A stretch of 64,000 bases of DNA, taken from the NCBI GenBank assembly GCA_951406725.2, contig OX597815.1, positions 135,098,001 to 135,162,000 of the forward strand, read 5' to 3'. Below the pieces are notes generated by a model. That model ran no database searches and was not told where the DNA came from. It saw nothing but the letters and a program-made list of their open reading frames with translations. Numbering within the stretch: the first letter of the stretch is position 1; each line of letters opens with the position of its first letter. Origin of the DNA: Octopus vulgaris (Eukaryota). The position numbers were made by a program, and so were the translations under genes. This document shows, in pieces, positions 1 through 13,127 of this stretch.

Positions 1-844
1 TCTTTTAAGTAACAAAAATATATTGTATTCATCCAAAAGTCCTATACACTTCTCAAGTCATTGATGATGTGCAGTAACAGTTAAACTATGCTTTGCAGAT
101 GAGGCCCAATAACACTGAAATATATCTAGAGTAATTGCACTAGTATTAAAGATCAAACTCGTTCATACTGCTTTATAGATAGAATTTGAATAAATTAAAA
201 TAATTTTTAGAGCTGTTGCTATCTGCCTTTATTGGCCAGGATTAGTAATTTGAAAAAAATGTTGTGCTTATTTTTAGAGTATAATGTTAATTAATTAGAA
301 TTTTTTTTGTTTACTACAACAAATAGGTTAACCTACATTTTTATTATTCAGTTTTCAGACAGATCTCTCAGGGTATTTATTCACTATCATTGTGTGTGTG
401 TGTGTGTGTGTGGTGGTGTGTGTGTGTGTGCGCGCGCGTATTCTCAGCCTGGAATTTGGCCATTTATATCCCAGCTTCCTGGCTGGCATTTCAGTACATG
501 TAATGTTGCCACAACTATTATGCATGCTGGACTAGATGGATAGATAGATAGATAGATAGACAGACAGCCTAAATTAAGTGCAATCTGACATAATATTAGG
601 AGACTAATTGGATATGGATCAGTAAAGCTTAGCAACTGTGATGATGGTGGTTATGATGATGATGATGATGATCATCATCATCATCATCGTCATGTCCTTC
701 TCTTTGATAATGCCAATAATGATAATGAGGAGGAAAAAGAGAAAAAAACATGACAAATAACAATATTCTATATTTCATTTGCTAAGATTGTTCTTTGTGA
801 AATAGTATAATGGCAACAAAGTGTAAGACACGCAAATACACAGA

Positions 845-904
<60 letters not shown>

Positions 905-1127
905 TCATACATATGTGTGTGTGTGTGTGCGTTTGTGTATTATTTAATGAAAATTTGATTCGAACAAACAATTTACAGATGACAGTAATTCACTTATATG
1001 AAATGTTACAAGTTTTTACAAATAACCAAAAATATTATCAACAAGCATGAAGCATAAAATGTTAATGTCTTCCAGCTGAAAACTGAATATTTTCTTCAGA
1101 ATGTCACTCATCCTCACTCGCTGTGTA

Positions 1128-2292
1128 TATGAGGGTGGACTGAAAATTTCATTGGTTGACTATGAAGAAGTAATGCTAGAGCTGTGAAATCTTGCATGCT
1201 TTAATTTCAAATCTTCATATTGATAACTGCATTGTTTCTATCCAGATAAACTGACATCTCACTGTCCAAAGTAGACTTTAATAGTAATGAGTAGTGATTT
1301 CTCTTAAAAATCGACAAATTTTGGTATCGTGGCATTAAGAATTATCTACTAAAATGAATTTATTCCCTTAAGGACATTCATGCTGACATGGCTGCTACAT
1401 TAGAGCATGATGTTACAATTTTATCAACAAGGCAAAAGTGGGCAGCTGAATTTAGTAGGAGAATGGAAAGTCTTGAAGATGACTCATTGTCTGGACATCC
1501 TGCAACTGCCACCATGGAAGAAAACATTGATTGTGTTCATCATGTGCTGATAGAGGACAGGTGATTGACTATAAATCAAACAGCCAATGCTATTAGCATA
1601 TCCTGTAAGAGAGTTGAGAATGTTTTGTACAACAAACTTGGAAAGACAGTTTCTGCTTGGTGGGTCTTCTGACACCTGATCAGAAGCGCACCAGCCTGAT
1701 TAAATCACAGGAAAATCTTATGTTGTTTGAGGTAGATCCAGCTGGTTTCCTTCAATGTTTTGTAACCCAAGATGAGTGTTGGGTTCATCACTTTGAGTCA
1801 GAGATAATCCTTGTAGTGAAAACACCCCTTGCAGTTATAAAAGTCGTGAAAACACCCTGAGGCAGTTATAAAAGGCTATCAAGATCAAACACCCAGGGAA
1901 ACTGATGAAAGGGGTCTTGCTTATTGAAGACAATACTCCAGCACACAAGTCTTTGGTTTCACTGACTACTGTGAGTGACTGTGGCTTTGAACTGGTTGAT
2001 CAACCTCCCTATTCTCCTGATTTGGTATTATTTGGCTATCATCTGTTCCCCAACAAGAAAAAACACCTGGCTGGGAACCAGTATTGCAGTGATGATGATG
2101 TCATATCTGCTGTTGATGACTTTTTTGAGCAACAGGATGAAAGCTTCTCTATCAATGGGATCCAAGCACTGCAATAATGATGTAAGAAATGTGTTGGCTG
2201 CAAGGAGGGCTATGTGGAAAAGTAAGCCTGATTTGGTCACATTCCATGAGAGTATCTTGGTCAGCCTATGAATTTTTCAGCTGACCTTTGTA
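1128..2292 (+). mobile_element. Decayed mariner (DD34D-type Tc1/mariner) DNA transposon with frameshifted transposase
   Basis: Imperfect TIRs TA-tgagggtggactgaaaatttcattggttgac / gtcagcctatgaatttttcagctgacctttg-TA. ORF fragments VTQDECWVHHFE, DNTPAHKS and PPYSPDL..YHLF are mariner catalytic motifs. Confidence 0.92.
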
Positions 2293-2450
2293 ATTATTGT
2301 CTCATGTATGCCTGTTTGCAGTTGTTGTTAATATGGCAGCAGTTTGGGGATCTACAGTTGCATTGTCTTTCAAGGGTGTTTCTGGTGTGTTTATGTTTAG
2401 TGTGAATGAGTATTATTGACTCTATATTGGGGAAGCAATATATATACACA

Positions 2451-2505
<55 letters not shown>

Positions 2506-2517
2506 ATACATACAACC

Positions 2518-2675
2518 ATGCATTGTTGTGTGGTTAAGGAGTTCTCTTCCCAACCATATGGTTTCAGGTTCAGTCCAGCTTCATGGTGCCTTGGTCAAGT
2601 GTCTTCTACTATACTCCTTGGTTGATTAAAGGCTTGTCAGTGGATTTAGTTGACATAAACTGAAAGAAGTCAGCA
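2518..2675 (+). mobile_element. SINE family S1, diverged 5' part
   Basis: tgtgtggttaag...caaccatatggtttcaggttcagtcc...ccttggtcaagtgtcttctactata matches the full copy at 61685-62100. Confidence 0.75.
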
Positions 2676-3729
2676 TGCATGCAGGCTTGTATCAGTGTGC
2701 ATGTGTGTAAGAAACAGAAGCTGATATGGTTGCAGATAATGCTGCTGTGGGTGTTAAATCAAGAAAAACCAAAAAAGCAAGACCAGAATTCTCTCTAAAC
2801 CTTCATTTATTCTTTTACATATATTACTGGAAAACTATGTTTCCAATGAATTCCATTGAAGGTAGAATTAGTTGCATATATATCAAATTTACAGTTCTAA
2901 TGTTGACACTGAATGAACATAAGAGCAAAAAGAAGAAAAGTCACTGCAAAGAAAATACCTATATGAAAGTGTACCTCAATAATTCCATGTTAGTCCTATG
3001 TAACATGTATTGATTGATGAGTTGCTCATTGTTAAAAAGCACCTAAAGTTACTAAAGAACAGAATTAAGCTGTAGCATGTCTATCCAGCATTGCTTCAAG
3101 GGGGAAGATGGCATGAAGTTTCTTCTGTCTTATTTTGTTCTGAATATTGTTGTCTGTTGCTCACTACAGCTGTCTACCTAGGTTTTAACTTTCATAGAAC
3201 AAAAGGAGCTCAGATACCACATCTTGAACTAGATGTTTCTGACTGGTCTGAAGCAGGTTTTGACAAGATCTTTTTTTACCAAACAGTATATTTTAAAAAA
3301 ATTAAATACTATGGTTTAATTATGTGACAATTCATGATGCTTTTAGTAGCAAAGTAATTTGAAGTTTTTTGAAGTTTTTATAACATTTTACCACTAAGCT
3401 AACAAGTGCATACATCAAGGTGGTTGCACATAACAGTTTGGTGTAATTTGATAGCAACTAGTCTGGAACTAGTAAGGAAGTATATAGCTGATATAAATAC
3501 TGTTGTCTAATAAGTTTCCATTAGTCAGAGAGAATAAGCACTTGTATATTAAACAGAGTGGGACTATTATTTCTACAGTATTATGAACTTAGTCTCATAA
3601 CATCCAACTCATGTTACTAAATAGTTTGGGGTTGAAGAACCTTTTCAAGTGTGGAAAGTAAATTAACAGTCATCAGACATGGCTGAATGAAAAAGTATAG
3701 GCTTGGGCTCTTTTTTACTGGATCTTTGA

Positions 3730-3812
3730 AAATACAACATCGGGAAAAATTAGAGATGAAAAGACAGTCAAAAACCACTAGAGTTCTTCTATGAGCATGT
3801 ACAAGCACCAGT
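3730..3812 (+). pseudogene. Possible GIY-YIG endonuclease remnant (Penelope-like)
   Basis: With frameshifts reads IGK..KRQSKTTRVL..EHVQA, resembling YIGKTKRxLxTRxxEH. Short and degenerate. Confidence 0.3.
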
Positions 3813-4152
3813 AGATTCTGAAGACTTCAGAATTAGGTCTAGAACAGTCGCACCCAGAATTGAGAAGCTGGAAACCTTTGAAGTGAATCTCTTAGGCATC
3901 ACACCCAAGCTATGATACTGTAAATCCTCTGCACCTTTAGACATACAAAAACTTAAAAATTCAGAATGAACTTTAATTTCTTCTTAGACAGAATTAAGAA
4001 TTTATATAGGATAGATAATAAAACATACATATAACTACTAATGAAGAGTATTACACAGACCTGTCTCTCACTTCTATGATAATTAACTATAAGGCCAAAT
4101 TATTGGGTAAGGCATTGAGGATAGAGTAGAAGCTTTAGCAAAGAAAGATGCC

Positions 4153-4690
4153 TTAACCCTTTCAGCCCGGCTGGTACATATTTGTACCAGTCAAAAATTT
4201 TACAACTCAAACCTTTAAAATTTCCATTTCATGTGATGCAGTATAGTACTGCTCCAGTTTTTCTGGTAAGTATGTAGCGCCAGACATATGACCAGAGTGT
4301 ATGACACTATAGTGATAGCTCAAAAAGCTCACGTGTACAAACTCCCCACATTTACCGACTGCTTTTAAGTGATTATCATCATGCTTTGGTAAGTTATTTA
4401 TAACATTTTTTCACTCTAAACATATTTACTAATCACAAACATGTTGTGTATAGTTTATAAGCATTAGGTAGTAATAATCTTGCAACAATGTTGCAATACA
4501 TATTTCTAAGAGTAAATAATTTTGAGTGGTACACACCTATACCATTGTGGTTTTGTACAGGTACACACTTATACCATTATAGATTATTGTATAGCTAAGA
4601 TTGTACCATCTGTGTCATAAAACTGTTCTATAGAGAATCTTCTTTTTGTTGTGAATCAAACATACATATACAATTTTTCAATCAACCTTT
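4153..4690. mobile_element. Left end of a piggyBac-type non-autonomous element
   Basis: Begins TTAA-CCCTTT and has internal ggtacaca..tatacca subterminal repeats. Right end not found. Confidence 0.4.
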
Positions 4691-4764
4691 GTATTATTCC
4701 CTAATATTTGAAATTTTCATTTTTTTGCAAGTCTACCTCTACTACAGGTTTCCTCCACTGTTAG

Positions 4765-5201
4765 GGTGTGACACAACTGTCCTCATCCATACACAACACA
4801 GGACCATACCAGCACAGTCGTCTCTCTTGCACACCACATCGGATGTTTCTTATGTCCAGCATACCAGCTTCATTTCTTTCAAGCCTATCATGTCCTCAGC
4901 AGTCACAGCCCATGTTTCACTGCCATATAAGCATGGCTGTTCACATACATGCACCATACAGTCTAACTTTCACTCTGAGCAAGAGGCCCTTTGTCACCAG
5001 CAGAGGTAGGAAATCTGTGAACTTTGCCCAGGCTATTCTTATTCTAGCAGCTATGCTCTCAGAACATCCACCCCTGCTCCTGACTTGGTTACCTAGGTAA
5101 CGGAAGTTATCAACTACTTTTAGTTTTTTCCCCCCAGGCATGTAATGGAATCTGTTTTCTGTATAACTTCGGTGTTTATTGCCCCTGTGCATCTGCCACA
5201 C
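4765..5201 (-). mobile_element. RTE-clade LINE fragment (post-RT region)
   Basis: ORF 4941-5201: LKVVDNFRYLG...RIRIAWAKF..LPLL...LRVKVRLYGAC. Confidence 0.85.
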
Positions 5202-5239
5202 ACAAAAACTATCATATATATATATATATATATATATAT

Positions 5240-5410
5240 AGGCAAATCAAAAATAAAACAGGAAAAACAACAAAAGTCAAAAGGATGTACACAGTGAATA
5301 TATTACACTGACACTCAGAGAAAATTTAAGATGAAAAAAAAATGTGGGATGTAACATTTTGAGCATGGATTGTCATCAGAAAGATGAAAAAGTTCATAGA
5401 GAAGGAAAAG
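5240..5410 (-). mobile_element. Short Penelope-pLTR-like repeat with degenerate minimal hammerhead
   Basis: Minus strand ctttCTGATGA-caatccatgctc-aAAA-tgtta; layout similar to the copy at 50270-50430. Confidence 0.45.
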
Positions 5411-6839
5411 AATAGTCTAAGAAAAAATATGTCATTACATGACTGAAAAATAACAGACTTGAAGTATAAGGAGATAGAGAAAGTAGTTTTTGAAGGCTGG
5501 AGAGTGCAACAATGGCCAGAGTATGTGTGTGTGTTTGTGGTAGTATCTATGTGCATATGTGTTTGTAAGCTACAGCATGCAATGATGTCAGTTGCAGAAG
5601 AAATCCAAGTTTAAGGGGTGTCTTATTGATCAAATTGGTAGATGGTCTTAATGTTACAGTTTTGTACTTTCTTTAAAAAAATTCTCAGTGTATTTTTTTG
5701 TTTTTCCTTCTGCTAAAATCTTATTTCAACCTAAGAAAACTCTGTTAGTAATTTTTTATCGTATTATTTATTTGCTTATCATTTTTGATGGGTGGAGATA
5801 TATTTATTTTCCTTCGACTCCAAACCTCCTCTATTTCTTTCTCAACTGTTGTCTTTGTTTTAGTGGTACTTAATTGTGGTGGTGGTGGTAGTAGTAGTAC
5901 CAATGTTTTTTTCTGTTCCACTCTGTCAAAGAATGTAAATAAAAACAAAAACAATGTCCTCTTGAAAAATAAGCAAAAGAATTCTTCAAACCATATAGCA
6001 TATGAGTAAGAACAACAACAAAAAAAAAAGGAGGCATAGATGCGGGGGTGGTGGGGAACAATAACAGAACCCAGAAGGCAACCACTTGAAACATCTAATC
6101 CCTAGGCAGCAACAGCAATGGAATTTTAGATATAACAACAAGCAGGCATTTTGGTGTGAGAGAGTAGTGAAGATAGTCAGGCAGGTGGTGAGACATGAAA
6201 TGGCCAATATAGATAGACAACTTTCTCTTTTTCATGCTCTTCATGCGTGGCTCTGGAGGAAGACAAGAGTAATATGTTCATGTTTTTACCATTTTCCTTC
6301 CTATTTTTACAGTTTTTTTCATTTTATTTTTTTTTTTGCTTCTAGTTTTTTTTTAAAAATTATTTTTTATCTGGTTCTATTTTTCTATGAATAATATGAG
6401 AGGTCAGAGAGATTCTAAAATGTTTTACCGACATACTTCTCTATTTTTTTAGTTTTTAACAGTGCAATGGAAAGGACTTCTGCTTGCCACATGCACACAC
6501 ACTAAGATTTTACTTCCCAGTAATCTGCTCTGTGAAAATATCCCTTCACCTGGCTCATTACCAAATAGTACTAATATTGCTAATAATAATGCTGACTGCA
6601 ATGACAAATTCATTTATAGCAAAAAGATGCTTTTGCAATAATGATTAAAAATATCAGACTGAGAACAATAATCTACTAATTCCCTCATTTAGAAGATGTG
6701 TCAAATTTGTATATGTAGTTGTTATTTGTGGTGGTGATGGTGGTCTCGGAAGGAATTTTGATTAGTGACAACTGGGAAACTGTAGAGAAATGCTTTTGGA
6801 AGAAGGAAGAAATCATAATAATGAATAATTGTTTCTAAG

Positions 6840-7255
6840 ATGGCAAGCTGGCAGAGTTGTTAACACACTGGACAAAATGCATGCCTCGTGGCATTTCATC
6901 TGTCTTTATGTTCTCAATTCAAATTTGCCTTTCATCCTTTTGGGGTTGATAAAATAAGTACCTATTTCTTTACTACCCACAAGGGGCTAAACATAGAGAG
7001 GACAAACAAGGACAGACAAATGGATTAAGTCGATTATATCGACCCCAGTGCGTAACTGGTACTTATTTAATCGACTCCAAAAGGATGAAAGGCAAAGTTG
7101 ACCTCGGCGGAATTTGAACTCAGAATGTAGCGGCACACGAAATACTGCTAAGCATTTTGCCTGGCGCGCTAACGTTTCTGCCAGATAAAATAAGTACCAG
7201 TTGAGCAATGGGGTTGATATATTTGAATTGCTGGCCTTGTGCCAAAATTTTAAAG
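6840..7255. mobile_element. Young SINE S3 (minus, 6963-7183) nested in an older plus-strand copy of the same family
   Basis: 15-bp TSD gataaaataagtacc at 6948-6962 and 7184-7198. Near-identical to copies at 49587 and 63660. Confidence 0.88.
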
Positions 7256-7631
7256 CAATATATGATTGTTTCTCATTAAGGTACAAACCAAACAATTTTA
7301 ACGGACAGAAGTCAGTTGATACCACAATTTATATGCTAAGCACTGCACATACAGACCGTACAAGATTTGAAATATTCTACATGTTACCAATAGAATAAAA
7401 CTGTCCTCTCTCTCAATACCCACGCAAGTATGGAAAAGCGGATGTTAGAATGATAATTATACAGGCACAGATATGACTATGTCAATAAGATGTTTGTTTT
7501 GCAAACAGCCCTACTGTGCAGCACATGGGGCAAGAGACTTTAACTATAGCACCAGTCTGACCAATGGTTTGTAATTATGGTAGAGAAAAACTGTGTGGAA
7601 GGTTGTTGTGTGTATATATATATATACTGCA

Positions 7632-8013
7632 TACTGTATACACTTGAGTGGTAGTCAATCTCATGTAAAAGTCAACCCCCTATTTTTGGCCAAAAAATTG
7701 GGAATTTTCCAAAGACCCCATATAAAAGTTCATCATAATATTTCACGAACAGGACAACATTTGTTGGTCAAGGTACCATATCATCCTGTATGTAGAAATA
7801 ACTCTGTTGATGCACAGAATTGGTAATATTAATGTAATTCATTGTGTTTTTGATTTTATTCACTTAGAGAGCTTCTGCTGCTGATACGATACTTTGGATT
7901 CTAGCTTGAATTTCAGCCCCTCAAATGTAGTACCCATGTAATAGACAACCCCATAAATTTGACTTTAAAAAAATGGTCTAAATAATTTGACTCTTACACA
8001 AGCATATACAGTA
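7632..8013. mobile_element. pogo/Tc2-like MITE
   Basis: TA-flanked imperfect TIRs tactgtatacacttgagtg / cacaagcatatacagta. Confidence 0.6.
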
Positions 8014-8081
8014 TATATACTCCTCATAATCACATTATGTCCGTCTCTCATGCTGGCTTAAGTTGTCCTGTATATCCAAAG

Positions 8082-8119
<38 letters not shown>

Positions 8120-8232
8120 TATACACACAATACACACATTGTAATTACATTTTGCCATAGTAGGACCAATAACCAGTTGTTGGAACTTCATATACATATA
8201 ATGTCTATCAGTGATTCATTCATATATATATC

Positions 8233-8381
8233 CATCATCATCATCATCATTTAACATCCGCTTTCCATGCTAGAATGGGATGGACGGTTCAACTGGGGTC
8301 TAGAAACACTGCCAGATCAGACTAGGCCTGGTGCAGCCTCCTGGCTTCCCAGACCCCAGTTGAACCGTCCAACCCATGCTA
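8233..8381. mobile_element. SINE/LINE-tail family S2 copy with internal inversion
   Basis: (cat)n tail followed by arms 8271-8301 and 8351-8381 in inverted orientation. Confidence 0.8.
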
Positions 8382-9693
8382 TATATAATCATGCTATACA
8401 TATATATATATATGGTCTAGTGGTTAGGGAGTTTGGGTCATGATCATCATAAGATCTTAAGTTTGATTTCTGGATCAAGCAGAGCAAGACATTTCATTAT
8501 GTATTGCTCCAGTTTGCTTAGTTAGAAAATGAGTACCATCCCAGTACCGGCGCAGCCCTCTCTTCTTCCAGTAACATGTCTTTGATGATCTGCTGAACTG
8601 AAGGTGGGAGTGGGAGGGTTGAGAGGGTGCCTATGTTTGCTGGTGATGACATATGCATCTAAAAGAAGTAGTGAATGCATGGTTACATGTTCCCAAGTCA
8701 TATTCACTTGTGAGTGACAGATGTATATACATATGGATGCTTGTATTTATGCAATGCAAAAAAATGTATCTTGCCTAAGAGAGGCCCTTGTTTGTGTGTA
8801 AATATATATGTATGCACACACACACACACACGACGCAATTTTATAGAGAATCTTCCAGTTTACTTGCTTAATACAAGAGTATATGCCTCTTCACTGCCAC
8901 ACCACTGCATTCCAGCAAGGAAAATTTATCTTTCAATGACTCAGTCTACTTAGCATTAGACAGATGAAGCAAAAAAGGTGGTTGATTTCTATCCTATCAC
9001 TGTCATCTGCTTGTCTTTGGTAAAGTAAGTTTGACACTTAATGGCTCAGTCCATGAAGCATTCATTAGGAATTCATGAGACTAGATCTTGCCTATGTGGT
9101 GGCTTATTACCTCATCCCTGTTATATCCTAGGGTTTGTGATAGGACATAAATTATGGATCCTTCAGCTAACAGTTCAACGCCATGTTGATTCAGTAAGTT
9201 TTAGCACTTATCTTCTAGGTAACATTAGATCAAATTGCGGCTACTTGAAAGCAATGTTATCTGCGTTTATACAAACATTACATTTAAAAATCAGTTTCTG
9301 CAACATATTGCTATTAGTATTCTATTAGTGTTCAATTGTGTCTCAGAGCAAGTCACATGATTGCCTCAATAAGCCAAGTGTTGTAATACTGGTTCTACTC
9401 TTGTATGTGTCAAGTGATCCAGGTGTGTAAGAGTCTATGTAACTGCCAACTGCCTCATATATATATATATATAAAATCATCAGAGAGAAAGAAGGAGAGA
9501 GAGAAAGAGACAGAAAAAAAGAGTGAGAGAGAGCTGTGTGTGTTAGCATACACGTGTCTATCTAGCTGTTTGTTTGCCTTATCCACATCTAGCCATCAAC
9601 AACTATTGATCTACTTATCTACATGCATGAATCTCTATGCAACTATCTATCTATCTATTTATCCTTTTCCTATACTTCATTGCAAACACAACA

Positions 9694-9727
<34 letters not shown>

Positions 9728-9734
9728 CACTAGT

Positions 9735-10010
9735 GAAGGTCAGGAGTTCAATTCCCGGCGATGTGTTGTGTCCTTGAGCAAGACACTTTATTTCACATTG
9801 CTCCAGTTCACTCAGCTGGCAAAAATGAGTTGTACCTGCATTTCAAAGGGCCAGCCTCATCACATCCTGTATTACTCTGAATCTCGCTGAAAACTACATT
9901 AAAGGTACGTGTGTGTGGAGTGCTCAGCCACTTGCACATTAATTTCACGAGTCAGCTGTTCTGTTGATCGGATCAACTGGAACCCTCGTCATCATAACCG
10001 ACTGAGTATG
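9735..10010 (+). mobile_element. CORE-like SINE family S4a
   Basis: gtgttgtgtccttgagcaagacactttatttcac core; 3' part shared with 53761-54132 and 63480-64000. Confidence 0.8.
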
Positions 10011-10039
10011 AGTTCATATACTGCACAAAGCAGTTTGAA

Positions 10040-10525
10040 CAAAATATTTTCATGTAAAGTCATATTTAACACATTTAAGTGTATTTGTGTTTGATAAGAT
10101 CTTCCATTGTGGAAATTGTCCAGGGAAAAACTTATCTTCCTAGCCAATATATGTGAAAGCACACTTTGGGCTGTGAATGTCACTGGATCATAGGATTCAA
10201 AAGTTTGTGTGTCTTTTTGCTTCATGAGCCAGGAGAACTAAATCTGTCACTCATAGTGAGATAAGAATAAATTTTTTTTTATTAAAACAGCATACAGTAT
10301 GTTTGCTGATGGGTGTGAAGCTTGGTCAAGCTAGAATAAAATCAATAATGTTGCATGATGCAACACTGAATAAAAAATATTTATGTAAAGTCATATTTAA
10401 CATGTTTGAGCATATTCAAACATGATAAGACCTTCCACTGCAGAAATAACCCCAGAAGAAAATTCTTCTCCAGGACTTGTAGAAAATATATATTTTGGGA
10501 TGTAAACAACATTGCTGGATTGTAG
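10040..10525 (-). mobile_element. 331-nt tandem unit (about 1.4 copies) with degenerate hammerhead-like fold at 10181-10234 (element D)
   Basis: atgtaaagtcatatttaac at 10052 and 10383. Minus strand ctgg-CTcATGA-agc-aaaaag..ctttt-GAAt-cctatgat-ccag. Confidence 0.5.
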
Positions 10526-11143
10526 AAGAGATTCTTTGAATAGAAAGTTCTTTTCAGACATTTTAATCTGAATCTAACACATCTATGTCAAATTTTAACC
10601 TGAATGTGACACACCCATATACAAAGTTATTTACATGCTTGACTGACCTCTAAACAATAACATTGCTCTCATTTCAAACCAAACAAAATATTCCAAAAAA
10701 AATCAACCCATACTCTACAATCATACTTTCTTCCTTCCTTTTTCTGCCCTTCTTCCTATACATCTACATCCCAGCACTACAAACACCAAGCCTGATTTTC
10801 ACATCACATAGCTCCACCTATTCCAGGAAAACCACTTGTCAAAGACTATATATACAGCCAAAGGAACCCAGCTAGATTTTGTCTTAGCTTACATTTAGTA
10901 GTGAGTACAAGCTTCTGACAAAGCTCAAAGAGGTAGAAATGTGGGTCTAGCATTCTCACTGCAAATGGCTGGATAAATTTAGTCTGCTACTGAAATGTTT
11001 GTACTTTTAAACATAGTATGTCCATTGGGGGAGACTATATCTGGATATACTGAAGTTAATTTGCCTTTTCTTGGTATACTTGCATTAAGTATGTTACATG
11101 GATGGTTATTTTAATCTAATATTAATTCTGTTGCATATAACAG

Positions 11144-11177
<34 letters not shown>

Positions 11178-11334
11178 ATTTATATGTGCATATAAGTGAG
11201 TGCCTAAGCACAAGTGTGCATTGTCACATTTATGACCTTACTACAAGACAATCTATAACAAACTCCATCAGCAGCCAATCTATAGACATCTAGTCTTTTT
11301 AGTTTCTAAATTTCTGCTAAATTACCTCATTATT

Positions 11335-11919
11335 GTAAAGTATAATAGCCATCTCGATATGGCTAACCACAGTGTTACTGTAGCTTTTTAGCCCCAGGAG
11401 ATCATCGTCTCCAGCTGGCTTTAGGCACACTATCTGTGCCCTTATGGTATTTACAAAGGGAGGCCATCCCTTTCTCGTAAGCCTAAGTGATACGCACCGG
11501 ACTGACAGTTTTGAGGTTGTTGCCTCATCAACAGGTGGTAATCACCAGATCACGATGAAAGGGAAAGCCTGTATGCAAATATATAAGAGTTTTTCTAGTG
11601 ACTTCTGCCACTGATTTCGAAAAACTGTCTGCAAGCATTATTAAATCTCAGAACGAGATGTAAACAGTAATCGCTTGACAATGTAAAGTATAATAGCCAT
11701 CTCAATATGGCTAACTACAAAGGGGGGTGTTACTGTAGCTTTTTAGCCCCAGCAAATACCATAAGGGCACAGATAGTGTGCCTAAAGCCAGCTGGAGACG
11801 ATGATCTCCTGGGGCTAAAAGCTACAGTAACACTGTGGTTAGCCATATCGAGATGGCTATTATACTCTACATTCTTGAGCGATTACTGTTTACATCTCGT
11901 TCTGAGATTTAATAATGCC
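11335..11919 (-). mobile_element. Retrozyme/Penelope-pLTR-like insertion, 348-nt unit, tandem plus inverted (element A)
   Basis: 12-bp TSD tacctcattatt at 11323-11334 and 11920-11931. Unit restarts at 11683; inverted segment 11754-11918. Confidence 0.85.
11487..11545 (-). ncRNA. Type I hammerhead-like motif (variant core)
   Basis: gtgattaccac-CTGTTGA-t-GAGG caacaa CCTC-aAAA-CT gtc AG-TC|cggtgcgtatcac: stems II and III, a GUC site and an extended, slightly out-of-register stem I. Confidence 0.6.
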
Positions 11920-12557
11920 TACCTCATTATTATCTATACAAAAATCAAAAAATAGAAGTTAAAAAAATAGAAGTTAAAAAAATAAAATATTAAAATTCTA
12001 AAATATTATATATATCATATATATATATATAGCTGGGATTATCGTTTGCATATGTGTATTAGTGAATCTCTGTTTCTTAGCTCTTATAGTTTTCTGAGTT
12101 GATCTAGCTTTGTGTCCAAGTGTCTGATTTTCATATCTGTAACCACATGTGTGAGTCTATAAATGTGAATGTGTATATTTGTGTAAGTATGCATAGTTAA
12201 ATGTGTGTTTACTATGTGGGTGAGTGAATATATATTTATATGTACATCCATATATCTATATATGAGTCAACAAACTAATGTGTATGTGTGTGTGTATCAT
12301 CATCATCATCATCATCATTTAATGTCCATTTCCATGCGGACATGGGTTAGATGGTTTAACTAGAACTGGTAAGCCAGAAAGCTGCACCAGGTTCCAGTTG
12401 GAATTTGGCTTGGTTTCTACAACTGGACGCCCTTCCTAATGCCAACCACTCCAAGAGTGTATAGTGTGTGTGTATATATATCTTTGCACCTATATGTGGG
12501 TCTCTATTACATGTTTGTGGATATAAGGACATGCATGTATATGAGTATGTGTGTGTG

Positions 12558-12628
<71 letters not shown>

Positions 12629-12819
12629 TGTCTGTTTTTATTTCTCTATATGAGTGTCTGCATTTATTCTGGTTTACAAGCTAAAGTAAGTGTTTATATA
12701 CATATTGAATCTCTCAACAGGGGGTTTTCACCCTCAAACTGCATTGTAAGGTATCTGGTTCCACATGTAACAACCTCTATTTAAATGGTTTCCACAATAA
12801 ATATACATTTTGTTTAAAT

Positions 12820-12900
12820 GACTTTGAGAAAGCTATAAGATGTCACATGAACACTCAGCTCTGAGAGCATTGCTTCTTATAGCAGAAACAGCTGAAAGCC
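12820..12900 (+). ncRNA. Degenerate type I hammerhead with long stem II
   Basis: gact-tTGAGaA-a-GCTATAAGA...TCTTATAGC-a-GAAA-CAGCTG-aa-agcc: perfect 9-bp stem II and palindromic stem III. Confidence 0.45.
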
Positions 12901-13083
12901 AATGAAAGTGATTACAGAACACCTACTCTTTTGCTATTTATTAATTTAGATTATGTTTTGTACTCATCTGATACTTAAATCTAAAACATAGGTATATTGA
13001 GTTCTAACAACTGGTTATTATTAGTATTGCTATGCCTTTGAGAAATCATAATATCTATAGATATATACGTATGTGTATGTATT

Positions 13084-13127
<44 letters not shown>

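Noticed and set aside
90-132. cagatgaggcc...gaaatatatc degenerate hammerhead (similar trace at 15313-15352)
   Set aside because: The core or stem II is too eroded to support a call, though the context is pLTR-like.
3635-3685. Minus-strand CTGATGA...GAAA
   Set aside because: No convincing stem I or stem II.
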